This document shows, one piece after another, positions 48,279 to 62,829 of a DNA stretch of 64,000 nucleotides. The translations under genes were made by a program, and so were the position numbers. Source of the DNA: Pseudomonadota bacterium. Its GTDB lineage: Bacteria > Pseudomonadota > Gammaproteobacteria > Steroidobacterales > Woeseiaceae. The notes beneath the pieces were generated by a model. That model was given only the letters and a program-made list of their open reading frames with translations, was not told where the DNA came from and ran no database searches. The stretch spans positions 994 through 64,993 of the forward strand of contig JBCCBB010000004.1 of the NCBI GenBank assembly GCA_039814545.1, read 5' to 3'. Numbering within the stretch: position 1 is the first letter of the stretch; each line of letters starts with the position of its first letter.

Positions 48279-49055
48279 GTGACAGGCATTCACCCGACGG
48301 CGATCGTCGACGACAGCGCCGTCATTGCCCATGACGCTACGATCGGGCCTTACGCGATTATCGGCGCCGACGTCACGATCGGTTCGGGCACCTTGGTTGA
48401 TGCCCATGTCGTCGTGCGTGGCCCCACCGAGATCGGGCGTGACAACCGCCTCTATCCGTTTTCTTCGATCGGCGACGATCCGCAGGACAAAAAATACGCT
48501 GACGAGCCCACGAAGCTCATCATCGGTGACCGCAATACCATCCGCGAGTACTGCACGATCAACCGCGGCACCGTGCAGGATGAGGGCGTTACGCGTATCG
48601 GCAACGACAACTGGATCATGTCCTACGTGCACATCGCCCACGACTGCATCGTTGGTGACCACTGCATCCTGGCCAACAACGCGACGCTCGCCGGTCACGT
48701 CAAGCTGGGCGACTGGGTGATCATGGGTGGCTACGCGGGTATCCACCAGTTTTGCCAGATTGGCGCACATGCCTTCCTCGGGATGTACGCGGCCATCGGC
48801 AAGGACGTACCCGCCTATGTCATGGTCATGGGCAGCCCAGCTGCGGCCCGGGGCATCAATGCCGAGGGTCTCAAGCGGCGCGAATTCACGTCCGAGCAGA
48901 TCCGTAACATCAAGACGGCCTACAAGATCGTGTATCGCGAAGGCCTGCGGCTCGAAGAGGCCGTGGAAAAGCTGCGTACGCTGGCGCCCGAGCAGGCCGA
49001 AATTCTACCCATGCTTGAGTCGATTGAGCGTTCGGAGCGCAGCATTGTTCGCTGA
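48279..49055 (+). CDS. lpxA: Acyl-ACP--UDP-N-acetylglucosamine O-acyltransferase
   Basis: IHPTAIVDDSAVIAHDATIGPYAIIG hexapeptides, plus HIAHDCIVGDHCILANNATLAGH and the C-terminal helical domain. Confidence 0.93.
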   Translation: MTGIHPTAIVDDSAVIAHDATIGPYAIIGADVTIGSGTLVDAHVVVRGPTEIGRDNRLYPFSSIGDDPQDKKYADEPTKLIIGDRNTIREYCTINRGTVQDEGVTRIGNDNWIMSYVHIAHDCIVGDHCILANNATLAGHVKLGDWVIMGGYAGIHQFCQIGAHAFLGMYAAIGKDVPAYVMVMGSPAAARGINAEGLKRREFTSEQIRNIKTAYKIVYREGLRLEEAVEKLRTLAPEQAEILPMLESIERSERSIVR

Positions 49056-49094
49056 GCTCGGCGGGACCGGGACGCCTGTCACGGCGCGCTGACC

Positions 49095-50237
49095 GTGCGC
49101 GTCGGTCTCGTTGCGGGCGAAGTGTCAGGCGATCTGCTCGGCGGCGGTCTGATTGAAGCCATCCGTGCACGCCACCCAGACGCACAGTTCGAGGGTGTCG
49201 GTGGCGATACGATGCGCGCGGCCGGCATGGACTGCTGGTACGACGCCGAGGCGCTGGCCGTCATGGGACTGACTGAGGTGTTGGCCCACTTGCCGCGTCT
49301 GTTGCGGCTGCGCCGGGATCTGGTCCGTCGCTGGACGGCACAGCCGCCCGATGTGTTGGTCGGGATCGACGCGCCCGATTTCAACCTGGGACTTGAACTC
49401 AAGTTACGGCGCCGCGGCGTACGCACGGTGCACTACGTGAGCCCGTCCGTCTGGGCCTGGCGCCAGCGCCGCGTGCGCAAGGTGCGGCGCGCCTGCGACC
49501 GGGTGTTGTGTCTGTTGCCGTTCGAACCGGCGTTCTACGCCGACCATGGCGTACCGGCGGACTTTGTCGGGCACCCCCTGGCTCAGCGCATTTCGCCCGA
49601 GTCCGATACGACTGCGGCCAGGGCTGCGTTGTCGATCGCGGGGGACGGCCCCGTTCTGGCCGTCCTGCCGGGCAGTCGGCTCGGTGAGATTGGCCGACTC
49701 GGCGCGGATTTTGCGGCCGCGGCCCAGCAATTCAGCGCCGCTCACCCGGGCGCAACGGTGCTGGTGCCGTTGGCGACCGAGGCTGGTGCGGACGTCTTCC
49801 GTGCGCTTGTCGCCGACCTGGGCATTGGTGATACATTCAGGATCAGCGTCGGCGACTCGCGGGCCTGCATGGCGGCCTGTGACCTGTTACTCATGGCCTC
49901 GGGTACCGCAACACTTGAAGGCCTGCTGCACGGTCGCCCCATGGTGGTGGCGTACCGGCTCGCCGCCTCGACCCACCGCATCGTGACGGCCCTGAACCTC
50001 GTGAAACTCAAACACTTCTCACTGCCGAACCTGCTCACACCCGAGCCGCTCGTCACGGAGGTGTTGCAGGACGACGTCACGCCCGAACGCCTCGCCAATG
50101 AATTGAGCGCACTGGTGGCGTCACCCGAACGTGCATCGGCAATGCGTGACGCGTTTCACGAGGTGCACACGGTGCTCGCGCGCAACGCGGATGAACGTGC
50201 TGCCGAGCTCGTGCTGGCGACGGCCAAACCCGGATGA
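49095..50237 (+). CDS. lpxB: Lipid-A-disaccharide synthase
   Basis: MRVGLVAGEVSGDLLG..IDAPDFNL..YVSPSVWAWR. Confidence 0.9.
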   Translation: MRVGLVAGEVSGDLLGGGLIEAIRARHPDAQFEGVGGDTMRAAGMDCWYDAEALAVMGLTEVLAHLPRLLRLRRDLVRRWTAQPPDVLVGIDAPDFNLGLELKLRRRGVRTVHYVSPSVWAWRQRRVRKVRRACDRVLCLLPFEPAFYADHGVPADFVGHPLAQRISPESDTTAARAALSIAGDGPVLAVLPGSRLGEIGRLGADFAAAAQQFSAAHPGATVLVPLATEAGADVFRALVADLGIGDTFRISVGDSRACMAACDLLLMASGTATLEGLLHGRPMVVAYRLAASTHRIVTALNLVKLKHFSLPNLLTPEPLVTEVLQDDVTPERLANELSALVASPERASAMRDAFHEVHTVLARNADERAAELVLATAKPG

Positions 50238-50860
50238 AGGGGCAGCGCGCCCTGCCGTTGCCGCCGGTGCCCGAACTCGGGCCCGTTGCCGGCATCGACG
50301 AAGCGGGCCGCGGGCCGCTGGCCGGTCCCGTGGTCGCCGCCGCCGTGGTGCTTGATCCGGCTAACACGCCCGGGGGCATCGATGATTCCAAGCGTCTTAA
50401 GCAACGCGCGCGCGAGTCTCTTGCGGCGGCCATTCGCGCATCGGCTTTGCACTATCACGTCGCCGTCGTGTCTTCGGACGACGTGGATCGGCTCAACATC
50501 CTCCAGGCAACGATGTGGGCGATGGCGCTCGCGGCCGATGGCATTGACGTGGCGCTGCGCGAAATTCGCATTGACGGGAATCGTGCGCCAACCCTGACGG
50601 CGCGGCACGAGCGCGTGCCCGTAACGACCTGGGTGGGTGGCGACGGGCGTTGCGCTGCGATTGCTGCTGCGTCGATTCTGGCCAAGACGACGCGCGACGC
50701 ACTGATGTGTGACTACGACGCGCGCTGGCCCGAGTACGGGTTTGCGCAACACAAGGGTTACGGCACCGCGGCACACCTCGCCGCACTGCGCGAGCACGGG
50801 CCCTGCGACATCCACCGCGTGAGTTTCGCGCCCGTGCGTGCGGCGCAGGAACGCGCCTGA
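50234..50860 (+). CDS. rnhB: Ribonuclease HII
   Basis: VAGIDEAGRGPLAGPVVAAAVVL..DSKRL..GYGTAAH. Confidence 0.9.
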   Translation: MKGQRALPLPPVPELGPVAGIDEAGRGPLAGPVVAAAVVLDPANTPGGIDDSKRLKQRARESLAAAIRASALHYHVAVVSSDDVDRLNILQATMWAMALAADGIDVALREIRIDGNRAPTLTARHERVPVTTWVGGDGRCAAIAAASILAKTTRDALMCDYDARWPEYGFAQHKGYGTAAHLAALREHGPCDIHRVSFAPVRAAQERA

Positions 50861-53800
50861 TGGCGGCCCAGGCCAGCGCCGTCGCCGAGACCATGGGCGG
50901 CACCGAGGCGCAGACTTCGGGTGGCTTTGTGCACTTGCACGTGCACACGCAGTACTCACTGGTCGATGGGCTTGTGCGCGTGCCCGAGCTGGTGCGCCAG
51001 GCCCGAGACGCGGGCATGCCTGCCGTGGCGCTGACGGATGCGGGAAATCTGTTTGCCATGGTCAAGTTCTACCGCCAGGCGCTCGCGCAGGGCGTGAAGC
51101 CCATCGTGGGCGTCGAACTGGCCCTGGTCGATGACGACGACGCCAAGACAGACGACGTCATGGTGGTGCTGTGTCAGGACGCGGCGGGCTACCGCAATCT
51201 GACGCGACTTGTGACGCAGAGCTTCCTCGACGGTCAGCTGCGCGGTCGGCCGCGGGTGCGACGTGACTGGCTTACGGGCGAAACGACGTCCGGCCTGATC
51301 GCACTGTCGGGCGGCTTCGCGGGCGATGTTGCGCGGCTTGCGTTGTCACGTGGCCGCGACGCTGCCGGTGAACGGCTTGACGCCTGGCGCGGGCTGTTTG
51401 GCGACCGCTACTACCTGCAGGTGTCGCGCACCGGTCGTGAGGTCGAAGAGCGCTGGTTGCAGCACGCCGTAAGCCTGTCCGCTGCCCACGGCGTCCCGCT
51501 CGTGGCTACAAACGACGTGCGCTTCCTGGATGCGGACGATTTCGAAGCCCACGAGGCGCGTGTATGCATTCACCAGGGCCGCACCCTCGCTGATGCCGGT
51601 CGCCCGCGCGTCTACACGCGCGAGCAGTTCCTGCGCGCGCCTGAAGACATGTACGCACTCTTTGCTGACGTACCCGTTGCTGTGGCCAACACTGTGACGG
51701 TGGCCGCGCGCTGCAGCCTCGACCTCGAACTCGGCAAGAGCTATCTGCCCGAATTCCCGACCCCCGACGCACACACCACGGACTCGTGGCTGCGCCATGA
51801 GGCCGCCCTCGGGCTCGAGGAGCGGCTCGCGGCGGGCGGGCGCCATGACGGCGAGGAGACGTATGAAGCGCGGCTCGCGCGCGAGCTCGACGTTATCTGC
51901 GACATGGGCTTTCCGGGCTACTTCCTGATCGTAGCCGACTTCATCCGCTGGGCGCGCGAGAACGGCGTGCCCGTGGGCCCGGGCCGCGGCTCGGGTGCGG
52001 GGTCGCTCGTGGCCTGGACGCTGGGCATCACAGACATTGATCCGCTCGAGCACGACCTGTTGTTCGAACGGTTCCTGAACCCCGAACGCGTGTCGATGCC
52101 CGACTTCGATGTCGACTTTTGCATGGAAGGCCGCGACCGAGTGATTGCCTACGTGGCGGATCACTACGGCCGAAAGCGCGTCTCACAAATCATCACCTAC
52201 GGCACGATGGCCGCGAAGGCCGTGGTCCGTGATGCGGGCCGGGTCCTCGAATTTCCGTACGGCTTCGTCGATCGCATCGCCAAGCTCATTCCGTTTGAAG
52301 TCGGGATGACGCTCGACAAGGCGCTCACGGAAGAGGCCGAACTTGCGCGGCTTTACGAAGAGGACGAGGAGGTGCGGAGCATCCTCGACCTGGCGCGGTC
52401 GCTCGAAGGCTGTGTGCGCAATGCCGGGAAGCACGCGGGTGGCGTCGTCATAGCCCCCACGGAGCTCACAGACTTCACGCCGCTCTACTGCGAAGAGGGT
52501 GGCAACAACCTCGTGACGCAGTTCGACAAGGACGACGTCGAGGCCGCCGGCCTCGTCAAGTTCGACTTCCTGGGCCTGCGCACGCTGACGATCATTGATT
52601 GGGCGCTCGACGCCGTTAATGCGCGCCGTGCGGCGGTTGGCGAGGCGGTGCTCGACCTCGCCAGCCTGCCGATGGATGACGAGAAGACCTTCGCGCTACT
52701 GCAGCGTTGTCAGACCACGGCCGTGTTCCAGCTGGAATCGCGTGGCATGAAGGACCTCATTAAGCGATTGCAGCCCGACAGTTTTGCTGACCTTGTGGCG
52801 CTTGTGGCGCTGTTTCGTCCGGGCCCGTTGCAGTCGGGCATGGTCGATGACTTCATCAACCGCAAGCACGGCCGGGGAGGTGAAATCGATTACTTGCATC
52901 CCGATCTGCAGCCGTTATTGGAGTCGACCTACGGCGTCATCCTCTACCAGGAACAGGTGATGCAGATCGCCCAGGTACTGGCGGGCTACACGCTGGGCGG
53001 CGCGGACCTGCTGCGCCGGGCCATGGGCAAAAAGAAGCCCGAGGAGATGGCCAAACAGCGCGAGATTTTCGTGTCGGGTGCCACTGAGCGCGGCGTCGAC
53101 AAAGCGCAGGCCGAGTACATCTTCGACCTCATGGAGAAGTTTGCAGGCTACGGCTTTAACAAGTCGCACTCGGCGGCCTACGCCGTTTTGTCTTACCAGA
53201 CAGCCTGGCTCAAGGCGCATTACCCCGCAGAGTTTATGGCTGCCGTGATGTCGTCGGACATGGACGCGACTGACAAGCTCGTCGGCCTCAAGGACGACTG
53301 CCGAGCGCTGGGTCTCGAGCTGCTGGCACCCGACATCAACACGTCGGTGTGGGCGTTCTCGGCAACCGAGGACGGCCGGATTCGTTACGGTCTGGGCGCC
53401 GTCAAAGGGGTGGGTCGTGCGGCCATCGATGCGACGATCGAAGCCCGCGAAGCCGACGGGCCGTTCACAGAGCTGTCTGACTTGTGTCGGCGTGTGGACG
53501 CTGAACGCATTAACCGGCGCATGTTCGAGGCGCTCATCAAATCGGGTGCGCTTGACGCGCTAGGGCACAATCGGCGCACGCTTTTCGAGGCGTTGCCACT
53601 CGCGCTCGCGCAGGCCGAGCAGGACGCGCGTGCGCGTGACGCGGGGCAGACCGATCTGTTCGCGCTGGATGACTCATCGACACCGGCCGCACCGCCGCTG
53701 GAGATTGCGACGCATCCCGAGTGGCAGCACGGCGATCGGCTGCGGGCCGAAAAAGAGGCGTTGGGACTTTACCTGAGCGGTCACCCGTTCGAGGCTTACC

Positions 53801-54414
53801 GCGACATGTCACAGCACATTACGAGCGGCTCACTGGCCGACGTGACCTCGATCAAGCCACCGCCGGAAGCTGGTAACGGCGGCAGTTTTGCACAACCACG
53901 CCGCAACGCCACGGTGGCAGGGCTGATTTTCGATATCCGTCGGCGCGGCAATCGCACGACGCTGACACTCGACGACGATACGGGCCGGATCGAAATCCAG
54001 CTCTACGCTGAAATGGTCGACGCCGTTCGCCACCTGCTCGTCAAAGACGCCGTGGTCATCGCCAGTGGTCAGCTGCGCTGGGATAACTTCCTGAACGGCT
54101 GGTCGGTTTCCGCGCGCAGTTTGCGCGACATCGATCATGTCATCGAGGAGCAGGCGCGGCGACTCGTGCTCACTCTGGAAAAGTCTGACGACGATGCCGA
54201 GGCCATGTTGCAGCTGCGTGCGCTTAAGGAGGCGCTGGAGCCGCACTTGGGCGGCGCCTGTGAGGTGGCAGTCGAGTATTGCGTGAGCGGCAAGACGGCC
54301 CAGCTCGCATTCGGCGAACGCTGGCGCGTGCGGGCCAGTCGTGACCTGCGCCAGGCGCTTGCCGCGTTGCCTGGCGCGGCGGCGCTGCGACTCGCCTTTG
54401 CCACGGAACACTGA
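50860..54414 (+). CDS. dnaE: DNA polymerase III alpha subunit
   Basis: 1184 aa. The PHP domain reads FVHLHVHTQYSLVDG. Also present: GPGRGSGAGSLVAW, FNKSHSAAYA, and an OB-fold region near the C-terminus. Confidence 0.95.
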   Translation: MAAQASAVAETMGGTEAQTSGGFVHLHVHTQYSLVDGLVRVPELVRQARDAGMPAVALTDAGNLFAMVKFYRQALAQGVKPIVGVELALVDDDDAKTDDVMVVLCQDAAGYRNLTRLVTQSFLDGQLRGRPRVRRDWLTGETTSGLIALSGGFAGDVARLALSRGRDAAGERLDAWRGLFGDRYYLQVSRTGREVEERWLQHAVSLSAAHGVPLVATNDVRFLDADDFEAHEARVCIHQGRTLADAGRPRVYTREQFLRAPEDMYALFADVPVAVANTVTVAARCSLDLELGKSYLPEFPTPDAHTTDSWLRHEAALGLEERLAAGGRHDGEETYEARLARELDVICDMGFPGYFLIVADFIRWARENGVPVGPGRGSGAGSLVAWTLGITDIDPLEHDLLFERFLNPERVSMPDFDVDFCMEGRDRVIAYVADHYGRKRVSQIITYGTMAAKAVVRDAGRVLEFPYGFVDRIAKLIPFEVGMTLDKALTEEAELARLYEEDEEVRSILDLARSLEGCVRNAGKHAGGVVIAPTELTDFTPLYCEEGGNNLVTQFDKDDVEAAGLVKFDFLGLRTLTIIDWALDAVNARRAAVGEAVLDLASLPMDDEKTFALLQRCQTTAVFQLESRGMKDLIKRLQPDSFADLVALVALFRPGPLQSGMVDDFINRKHGRGGEIDYLHPDLQPLLESTYGVILYQEQVMQIAQVLAGYTLGGADLLRRAMGKKKPEEMAKQREIFVSGATERGVDKAQAEYIFDLMEKFAGYGFNKSHSAAYAVLSYQTAWLKAHYPAEFMAAVMSSDMDATDKLVGLKDDCRALGLELLAPDINTSVWAFSATEDGRIRYGLGAVKGVGRAAIDATIEAREADGPFTELSDLCRRVDAERINRRMFEALIKSGALDALGHNRRTLFEALPLALAQAEQDARARDAGQTDLFALDDSSTPAAPPLEIATHPEWQHGDRLRAEKEALGLYLSGHPFEAYRDMSQHITSGSLADVTSIKPPPEAGNGGSFAQPRRNATVAGLIFDIRRRGNRTTLTLDDDTGRIEIQLYAEMVDAVRHLLVKDAVVIASGQLRWDNFLNGWSVSARSLRDIDHVIEEQARRLVLTLEKSDDDAEAMLQLRALKEALEPHLGGACEVAVEYCVSGKTAQLAFGERWRVRASRDLRQALAALPGAAALRLAFATEH

Positions 54415-54475
54415 TCGTGCGGACACAACGGGCGCTGTGCTAAATTTGCCGGATTGATCTGGCCGGAAGTCTCGG

Positions 54476-55435
54476 ATGGACCTCAAGTTTCTCGACTTCG
54501 AACAACCAATAGCTGAGCTCGAAGCGAAAATCGATGGGCTGCGCTACGTCGGCGACGACTCGGGCGTCAATATCGCCGAAGAAATCGATCGGCTGCAGGC
54601 CAAGAGTGCTTCGCTGACCAAGCAGATTTTCTCGAGCCTGTCTGCGTGGCAGGTTGCGCAGGTTGCGCGCCATCCGATGCGCCCCTACACCATGGATTAC
54701 GTAGCCGCGATCTTCGACGATTTCCAGGAGTTGCACGGCGACCGCATGTACGCCGACGACTACGCCATCATCGGTGGCCTGGCGCGGCTCGAGGGCACGC
54801 CCGTCATGGTGATCGGCCATCAGAAGGGGCGCGACACCAAAGAGCGCGTGCGCCGAAACTACGGCATGCCGCGGCCCGAGGGCTACCGCAAAGCGCAACG
54901 ACTCATGCAGATGGCTGAAAAATTCGGCCTGCCCATCATCACGCTCATCGACACGCCAGGCGCCTATCCGGGCATCGGTGCCGAAGAGCGTGGCCAGTCC
55001 GAAGCGATCGCACGAAGCTTGTTCGTCATGTCACGTCTCAAGACGCCAGTGGTCGGCGTGGTCATCGGCGAAGGGGGTTCGGGCGGTGCGCTGGCCATTG
55101 GTGTTGCCGACCGATTGCTCATGCTGCAATACGCGGTGTACTCGGTCATCTCGCCGGAAGGTTGCGCGTCAATCCTCTGGAAGAGTGCCGACAAGGCTGC
55201 GGACGCGGCGGAGGCCATGCGCATTACGGCCAACGATCTTCAACAGTTTGGGCTCATCGATGGTGTGCTTGACGAGCCGTTGGGTGGCGCGCATCGCGAC
55301 ATCGAATCCATGGCGGCCGGCCTCAAGAATGCACTCGTCGCCCAGGTCGAGGAGCTCAAAGCCTTGCCGACCGAAACGCTGCTCGAACAGCGTGCTGCCA
55401 AGCTCGCCGCCTACGGCGAATTCCGCGAAGGCTGA
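54476..55435 (+). CDS. accA: Acetyl-CoA carboxylase carboxyltransferase alpha subunit
   Basis: [42 protein letters not shown]. Confidence 0.95.
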   Translation: MDLKFLDFEQPIAELEAKIDGLRYVGDDSGVNIAEEIDRLQAKSASLTKQIFSSLSAWQVAQVARHPMRPYTMDYVAAIFDDFQELHGDRMYADDYAIIGGLARLEGTPVMVIGHQKGRDTKERVRRNYGMPRPEGYRKAQRLMQMAEKFGLPIITLIDTPGAYPGIGAEERGQSEAIARSLFVMSRLKTPVVGVVIGEGGSGGALAIGVADRLLMLQYAVYSVISPEGCASILWKSADKAADAAEAMRITANDLQQFGLIDGVLDEPLGGAHRDIESMAAGLKNALVAQVEELKALPTETLLEQRAAKLAAYGEFREG

Positions 55436-56733
55436 TGCCGCTCGATCCCGTCGCGCTGTGTGACGGCATCGACCGCACGGCCGCGACGCTTGGCAAGCGC
55501 AGACTGGCCATTGCCTTCAGCGGTGGCCTCGACTCCACGGTACTGCTGGCTCTCGTATCCTCGGGTAGCGACCTGCCGTTGCGTGCCCTACATGTGGATC
55601 ACGGCTTGCAGGGTAACCAGCCTGAATGGCGCGCCCAGGTGGTTGCAAACTGTGACGAGCGTGATGTCTCGCTGCGGGTGCTGGACGCCCGCGTGACGAT
55701 CGAGCCCGGGGACAGCGTCGAGGCCGCAGCGCGCGACGCGCGATACGCGGCCTTGAGCGCGGCCGTCGACGACGATGAACTCCTGCTGCTGGCGCAACAC
55801 CGCGACGACCAGGCTGAAACGGTGCTGCTTCAGCTACTGCGAGGCGCAGGGCCTGCGGGGCTTGCAGCAATGCCCGCGGTCGCCGAACTGGGTGCCAGCC
55901 ATGTGATGCGGCCGCTGCTGGGTGTGGCGCGAGAGACGTTGCGCGACTATGCGCAGGCGCACGCGTTGCGCTGGTTTGATGATCCCAGCAACGCCAACGA
56001 CCGCTTTGACCGCAATTACCTGCGCCGCGAGGTGATGCCGCTGCTTCGCGAGCGCTGGCCCGGTCTCGCAACCACCCTGGCGCGGGCCGCAGACTGGCAG
56101 GCGGAGGCCGATCAGCTCGCCAGCGCGCTGGCGGCGTCCGACGCGCGGCGGTTTGCGCCGCAACCGGCCCGTGTTGACCTGTCGCGTTGGTCGGCGCTGC
56201 CACCGGAGCGACAGCGCAATCTGCTGCGCTTTTTGTGCCGGGCGCGGTCGTTGTCAACACCGCCAGCGCGTCGTCTTACATCACTGCAGGCCCTGGCAAC
56301 GGGTGACACGCCGCGCGGTGCGGTGCGCTGGCCTGGCGGTGAGGCGCGCCGCTACCGCAACTGGTTGCACCTGTCGCCACCGCTGCCGCCGCCACCCGAG
56401 GCGACCTGGTGCGGCGTGCCCGATGGCACGGGGGCCGTCACCCTGCCTGAACCCTACGGTCGACTAAACTACAACCGCGACGCGCTTGATGCCGGCGCCA
56501 TCCAGTGTCGATTTCGACAGGGCGGTGAGCGCGTGCGCCGCGACCCCGATGGGCACAGCGCCCCGTTTGCCGCGTGGTGCCAGCGCGAGGGTGTTGCGCC
56601 CTGGCTCCGGCTCCGCCTGCCGCTCACGTTTGTCGGCGATGCGCTCGCGGTCATTGGCACACGGGCTGTATCGCCCGATTATGAGGCCTGGGTACCGCAC
56701 TGGACCGGGGCCCCTCAGGGTCTCGAGACTTAA
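55435..56733 (+). CDS. tilS: tRNA(Ile)-lysidine synthase
   Basis: The PP-loop is AFSGGLDSTVLL. HVDHGLQ and AQHRDDQAETVLLQLLRG are also present. Confidence 0.85.
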   Translation: MPLDPVALCDGIDRTAATLGKRRLAIAFSGGLDSTVLLALVSSGSDLPLRALHVDHGLQGNQPEWRAQVVANCDERDVSLRVLDARVTIEPGDSVEAAARDARYAALSAAVDDDELLLLAQHRDDQAETVLLQLLRGAGPAGLAAMPAVAELGASHVMRPLLGVARETLRDYAQAHALRWFDDPSNANDRFDRNYLRREVMPLLRERWPGLATTLARAADWQAEADQLASALAASDARRFAPQPARVDLSRWSALPPERQRNLLRFLCRARSLSTPPARRLTSLQALATGDTPRGAVRWPGGEARRYRNWLHLSPPLPPPPEATWCGVPDGTGAVTLPEPYGRLNYNRDALDAGAIQCRFRQGGERVRRDPDGHSAPFAAWCQREGVAPWLRLRLPLTFVGDALAVIGTRAVSPDYEAWVPHWTGAPQGLET

Positions 56734-56982
56734 GCCAGTGCCCCGTTTCAAATTGTCTGCACGGGGCCCATCTGATAACCTGCTTTTCCGTCTCCAATCA
56801 CTGAGCAACGGCACGTGCGACAGTGACCGAGAGCCGGAGTGAAGGCTTGCGTCCGGCCCCATCGAGCGATGCTCGAGCGGCCAGGCGAGCTGCGCAAATC
56901 TCAGTGGGTTTGCGCCGCTACCGCACCCTTTGCTCCGGCTTTTTTCGTGCCGCAACGACGCGCATCGGCAGCTTAGGCCTGA

Positions 56983-60829
<3,847 letters not shown>

Positions 60830-60830
<1 letters not shown>

Positions 60831-61150
60831 TGCGTGACGTCGTTCAGACCGGCCGCGCGCTCCGCGCCAGCACCGTGTGCCTTGTGGTTGCGGGTGCCTT
60901 GTTTGCCTGGACGATGACCCAGTTGCTGTTGTCGCCCGATGGGCTGCGCAAGACGCGGGAGCTGCGCGCCGCTGTGGCCACGACGCGCGTCGAGATCGCG
61001 TCGCTCGAGCGGCGGCATGCGGCGCTGGCCGCCGAGGTCAACAACCTAAAGCGCGGTCTCGAAGCTGCCGAGGAACGTGCCCGTGCCGATCTCGGCATGA
61101 TCGGTATTAACGAGTCGTTCTACCAAATCATCGTCACGGATTCTGAGTGA
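60830..61150 (+). CDS. ftsB: Cell division protein FtsB (septum formation initiator)
   Basis: 106 aa with one N-terminal TM segment (VCLVVAGALFAW). The coiled coil is followed by ARADLGMIGINESFYQI. It occupies the conserved position after eno. Confidence 0.8.
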
Positions 61151-62184
61151 CCGCCGCCGACGGCGGCTGGCCGCAACCTGCGGCCCATGGCCCGAGCCTG
61201 GCCCCTGCACGACTGCGCGTGCAGCCGGAGCACTTCGCGGTCGAAGAAATGCCGAACTGGACGCCGACCGGCGATGGCGAGCACGACGTCGTCTACGTCG
61301 AAAAACGCGGCGCCAACACACGTTGGGTGGCCGGCGCGTTGGCCCGCCATGCGGGCTGTCATGCCCGAGATGTCGGCCATGCCGGCCTCAAGGATCGCCA
61401 TGCTGTCACGCGACAGTGGTTCAGTGTGCAACGCGGTGGTCGCCGTATTGATTGGGACGCGCTCGACATTGAAGGCGTCCGGGTGCTCGAGGCGCATGCG
61501 CATCGCCGCAAGCTGCGGCCGGGTGCGCTGTTGGGCAATCGCTTTCGCATTGTCGCCAGTCTTGATGACGCCGGGGCCATCGACAGCGGTGTGCTCGAAG
61601 CGCGCGTCGCGGCGGTTACGGCGCAGGGCGTGCCCAACTATTTCGGCCCGCAGCGCTTCGGTCGCGACGGGGGCAACTTGGCACTGGCCGGCCGCCTGGC
61701 CGCCGGCGAGCGCCTCGGTCGCGGGGATCGGGGCTTCGCCGTCTCTGCAGCCCGAGCGGCCCTGTTTAACGCCGTGCTTGCGGCACGTGTAGCTGACGCG
61801 AGCTGGTGCGTTCCGCAAGCGGGGGATGCGCTCATGCTGACCGGTTCGAACAGTTTCTTTCTGGCCGGACCCGACGAGTCTCTCGAGGCGCTTCGGGGCC
61901 GCGCCGCCCGCGGTGATCTGCAACCCACAGGTCCGCTTTGGGGCGATGGTGAGCCGGTCGTCGGCGAGACGGTTGCGGCGCTCGAGTCCCGGCTTGCGGA
62001 GGCGCACCCGGATTGGGTCGAGGCGACGTATCGTGCGCGAGCTGACGGCGCGCGTCGCGCATTGCGGGTCTTTGCGTCGGAATTTGAAGTGTCGCCCGTG
62101 GACGCGGGTTATGCGCTTGCCTTCACGCTGCCGGCCGGAAGCTTCGCCACGACCGTCATCAATGAGTTCTTCTCGATCGACTAA
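61147..62184 (+). CDS. truD: tRNA pseudouridine(13) synthase TruD
   Basis: The GTG start overlaps the ftsB stop (GTGA). AGLKDRHAVTRQWFSV and VPNYFGPQRFG are TruD signatures. Confidence 0.85.
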   Translation: MTAADGGWPQPAAHGPSLAPARLRVQPEHFAVEEMPNWTPTGDGEHDVVYVEKRGANTRWVAGALARHAGCHARDVGHAGLKDRHAVTRQWFSVQRGGRRIDWDALDIEGVRVLEAHAHRRKLRPGALLGNRFRIVASLDDAGAIDSGVLEARVAAVTAQGVPNYFGPQRFGRDGGNLALAGRLAAGERLGRGDRGFAVSAARAALFNAVLAARVADASWCVPQAGDALMLTGSNSFFLAGPDESLEALRGRAARGDLQPTGPLWGDGEPVVGETVAALESRLAEAHPDWVEATYRARADGARRALRVFASEFEVSPVDAGYALAFTLPAGSFATTVINEFFSID

Positions 62185-62708
62185 TAACGCAGGAGCACGT
62201 ATACAGCGCCGCTGCCGCCGTCGACCTGGCGCGCGGAGACGAAGGCGGATACAGCGTCCAGTCGTCGCAGCCAGCCGTCGACGCTGCCCTTGAGCCGCGG
62301 CCCGCGGTGGCCTGACCCGAGCCCCTTGCCGTGGATGATGCGCACGCAACGCCAACCGTAGTGTTCGCAGTCCGCCAGGAATTCGCGCAAGACCTCCTTG
62401 GCCTCGCGCACGGTGTAGCCGTGGAGATCGAGCTCGGCCTCAACGCGGTAGCCGCCGCGGGCCAGCTTGCGCAGTGTGCGCTCACCCACTTCCGGGCGGC
62501 GGAAACGCAGCGCGTCACCGTTGCGCCACTCCATTTGCTCAATATCGGCTTGCAGGCTTTCTTCGAGCACCTGCCGTTCGTCCTCGCGCCGCATGCGGGC
62601 GCGCGGTTTGGGTTTGCGGCGGGGTGTTTCGACGCGATCGTGGTCCAGGGGGCGCGCGCCGGAAACCGCGTCGCGGAACAGCGAGTTGTCGTCGTCGTGT
62701 TCAGCCAT
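62181..62708 (-). CDS. Smr/MutS2-type small endonuclease-domain protein
   Basis: The C-terminal Smr domain reads ELDLHGYTVREAKEVL..CVRIIHGKGLGS. The start is uncertain: ATG 62708 was chosen, no clear SD is visible, and the ORF opens at 62801. The stop codon overlaps the truD stop in a convergent arrangement. Confidence 0.72.
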   Translation of the reverse strand: MAEHDDDNSLFRDAVSGARPLDHDRVETPRRKPKPRARMRREDERQVLEESLQADIEQMEWRNGDALRFRRPEVGERTLRKLARGGYRVEAELDLHGYTVREAKEVLREFLADCEHYGWRCVRIIHGKGLGSGHRGPRLKGSVDGWLRRLDAVSAFVSARQVDGGSGAVYVLLRY

Positions 62709-62829
62709 GGGAGGGGTCACCGGATAAGCCATGAGCATAACCGCGCAGCCCGAACGCCGAAAGCGGCGCTTAAGCTCGTGTCCGGGATTGCGTATCATCA
62801 CGGTTTGGCATGTGCGGGTTCTCGCCCAG

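Noticed and set aside
61120-62355. 411-aa minus-strand ORF; also 37330-38286 (318 aa) and 38252-39118 (288 aa)
   Set aside because: They are antisense to truD, rpsB and tsf respectively. The sense genes are canonical.
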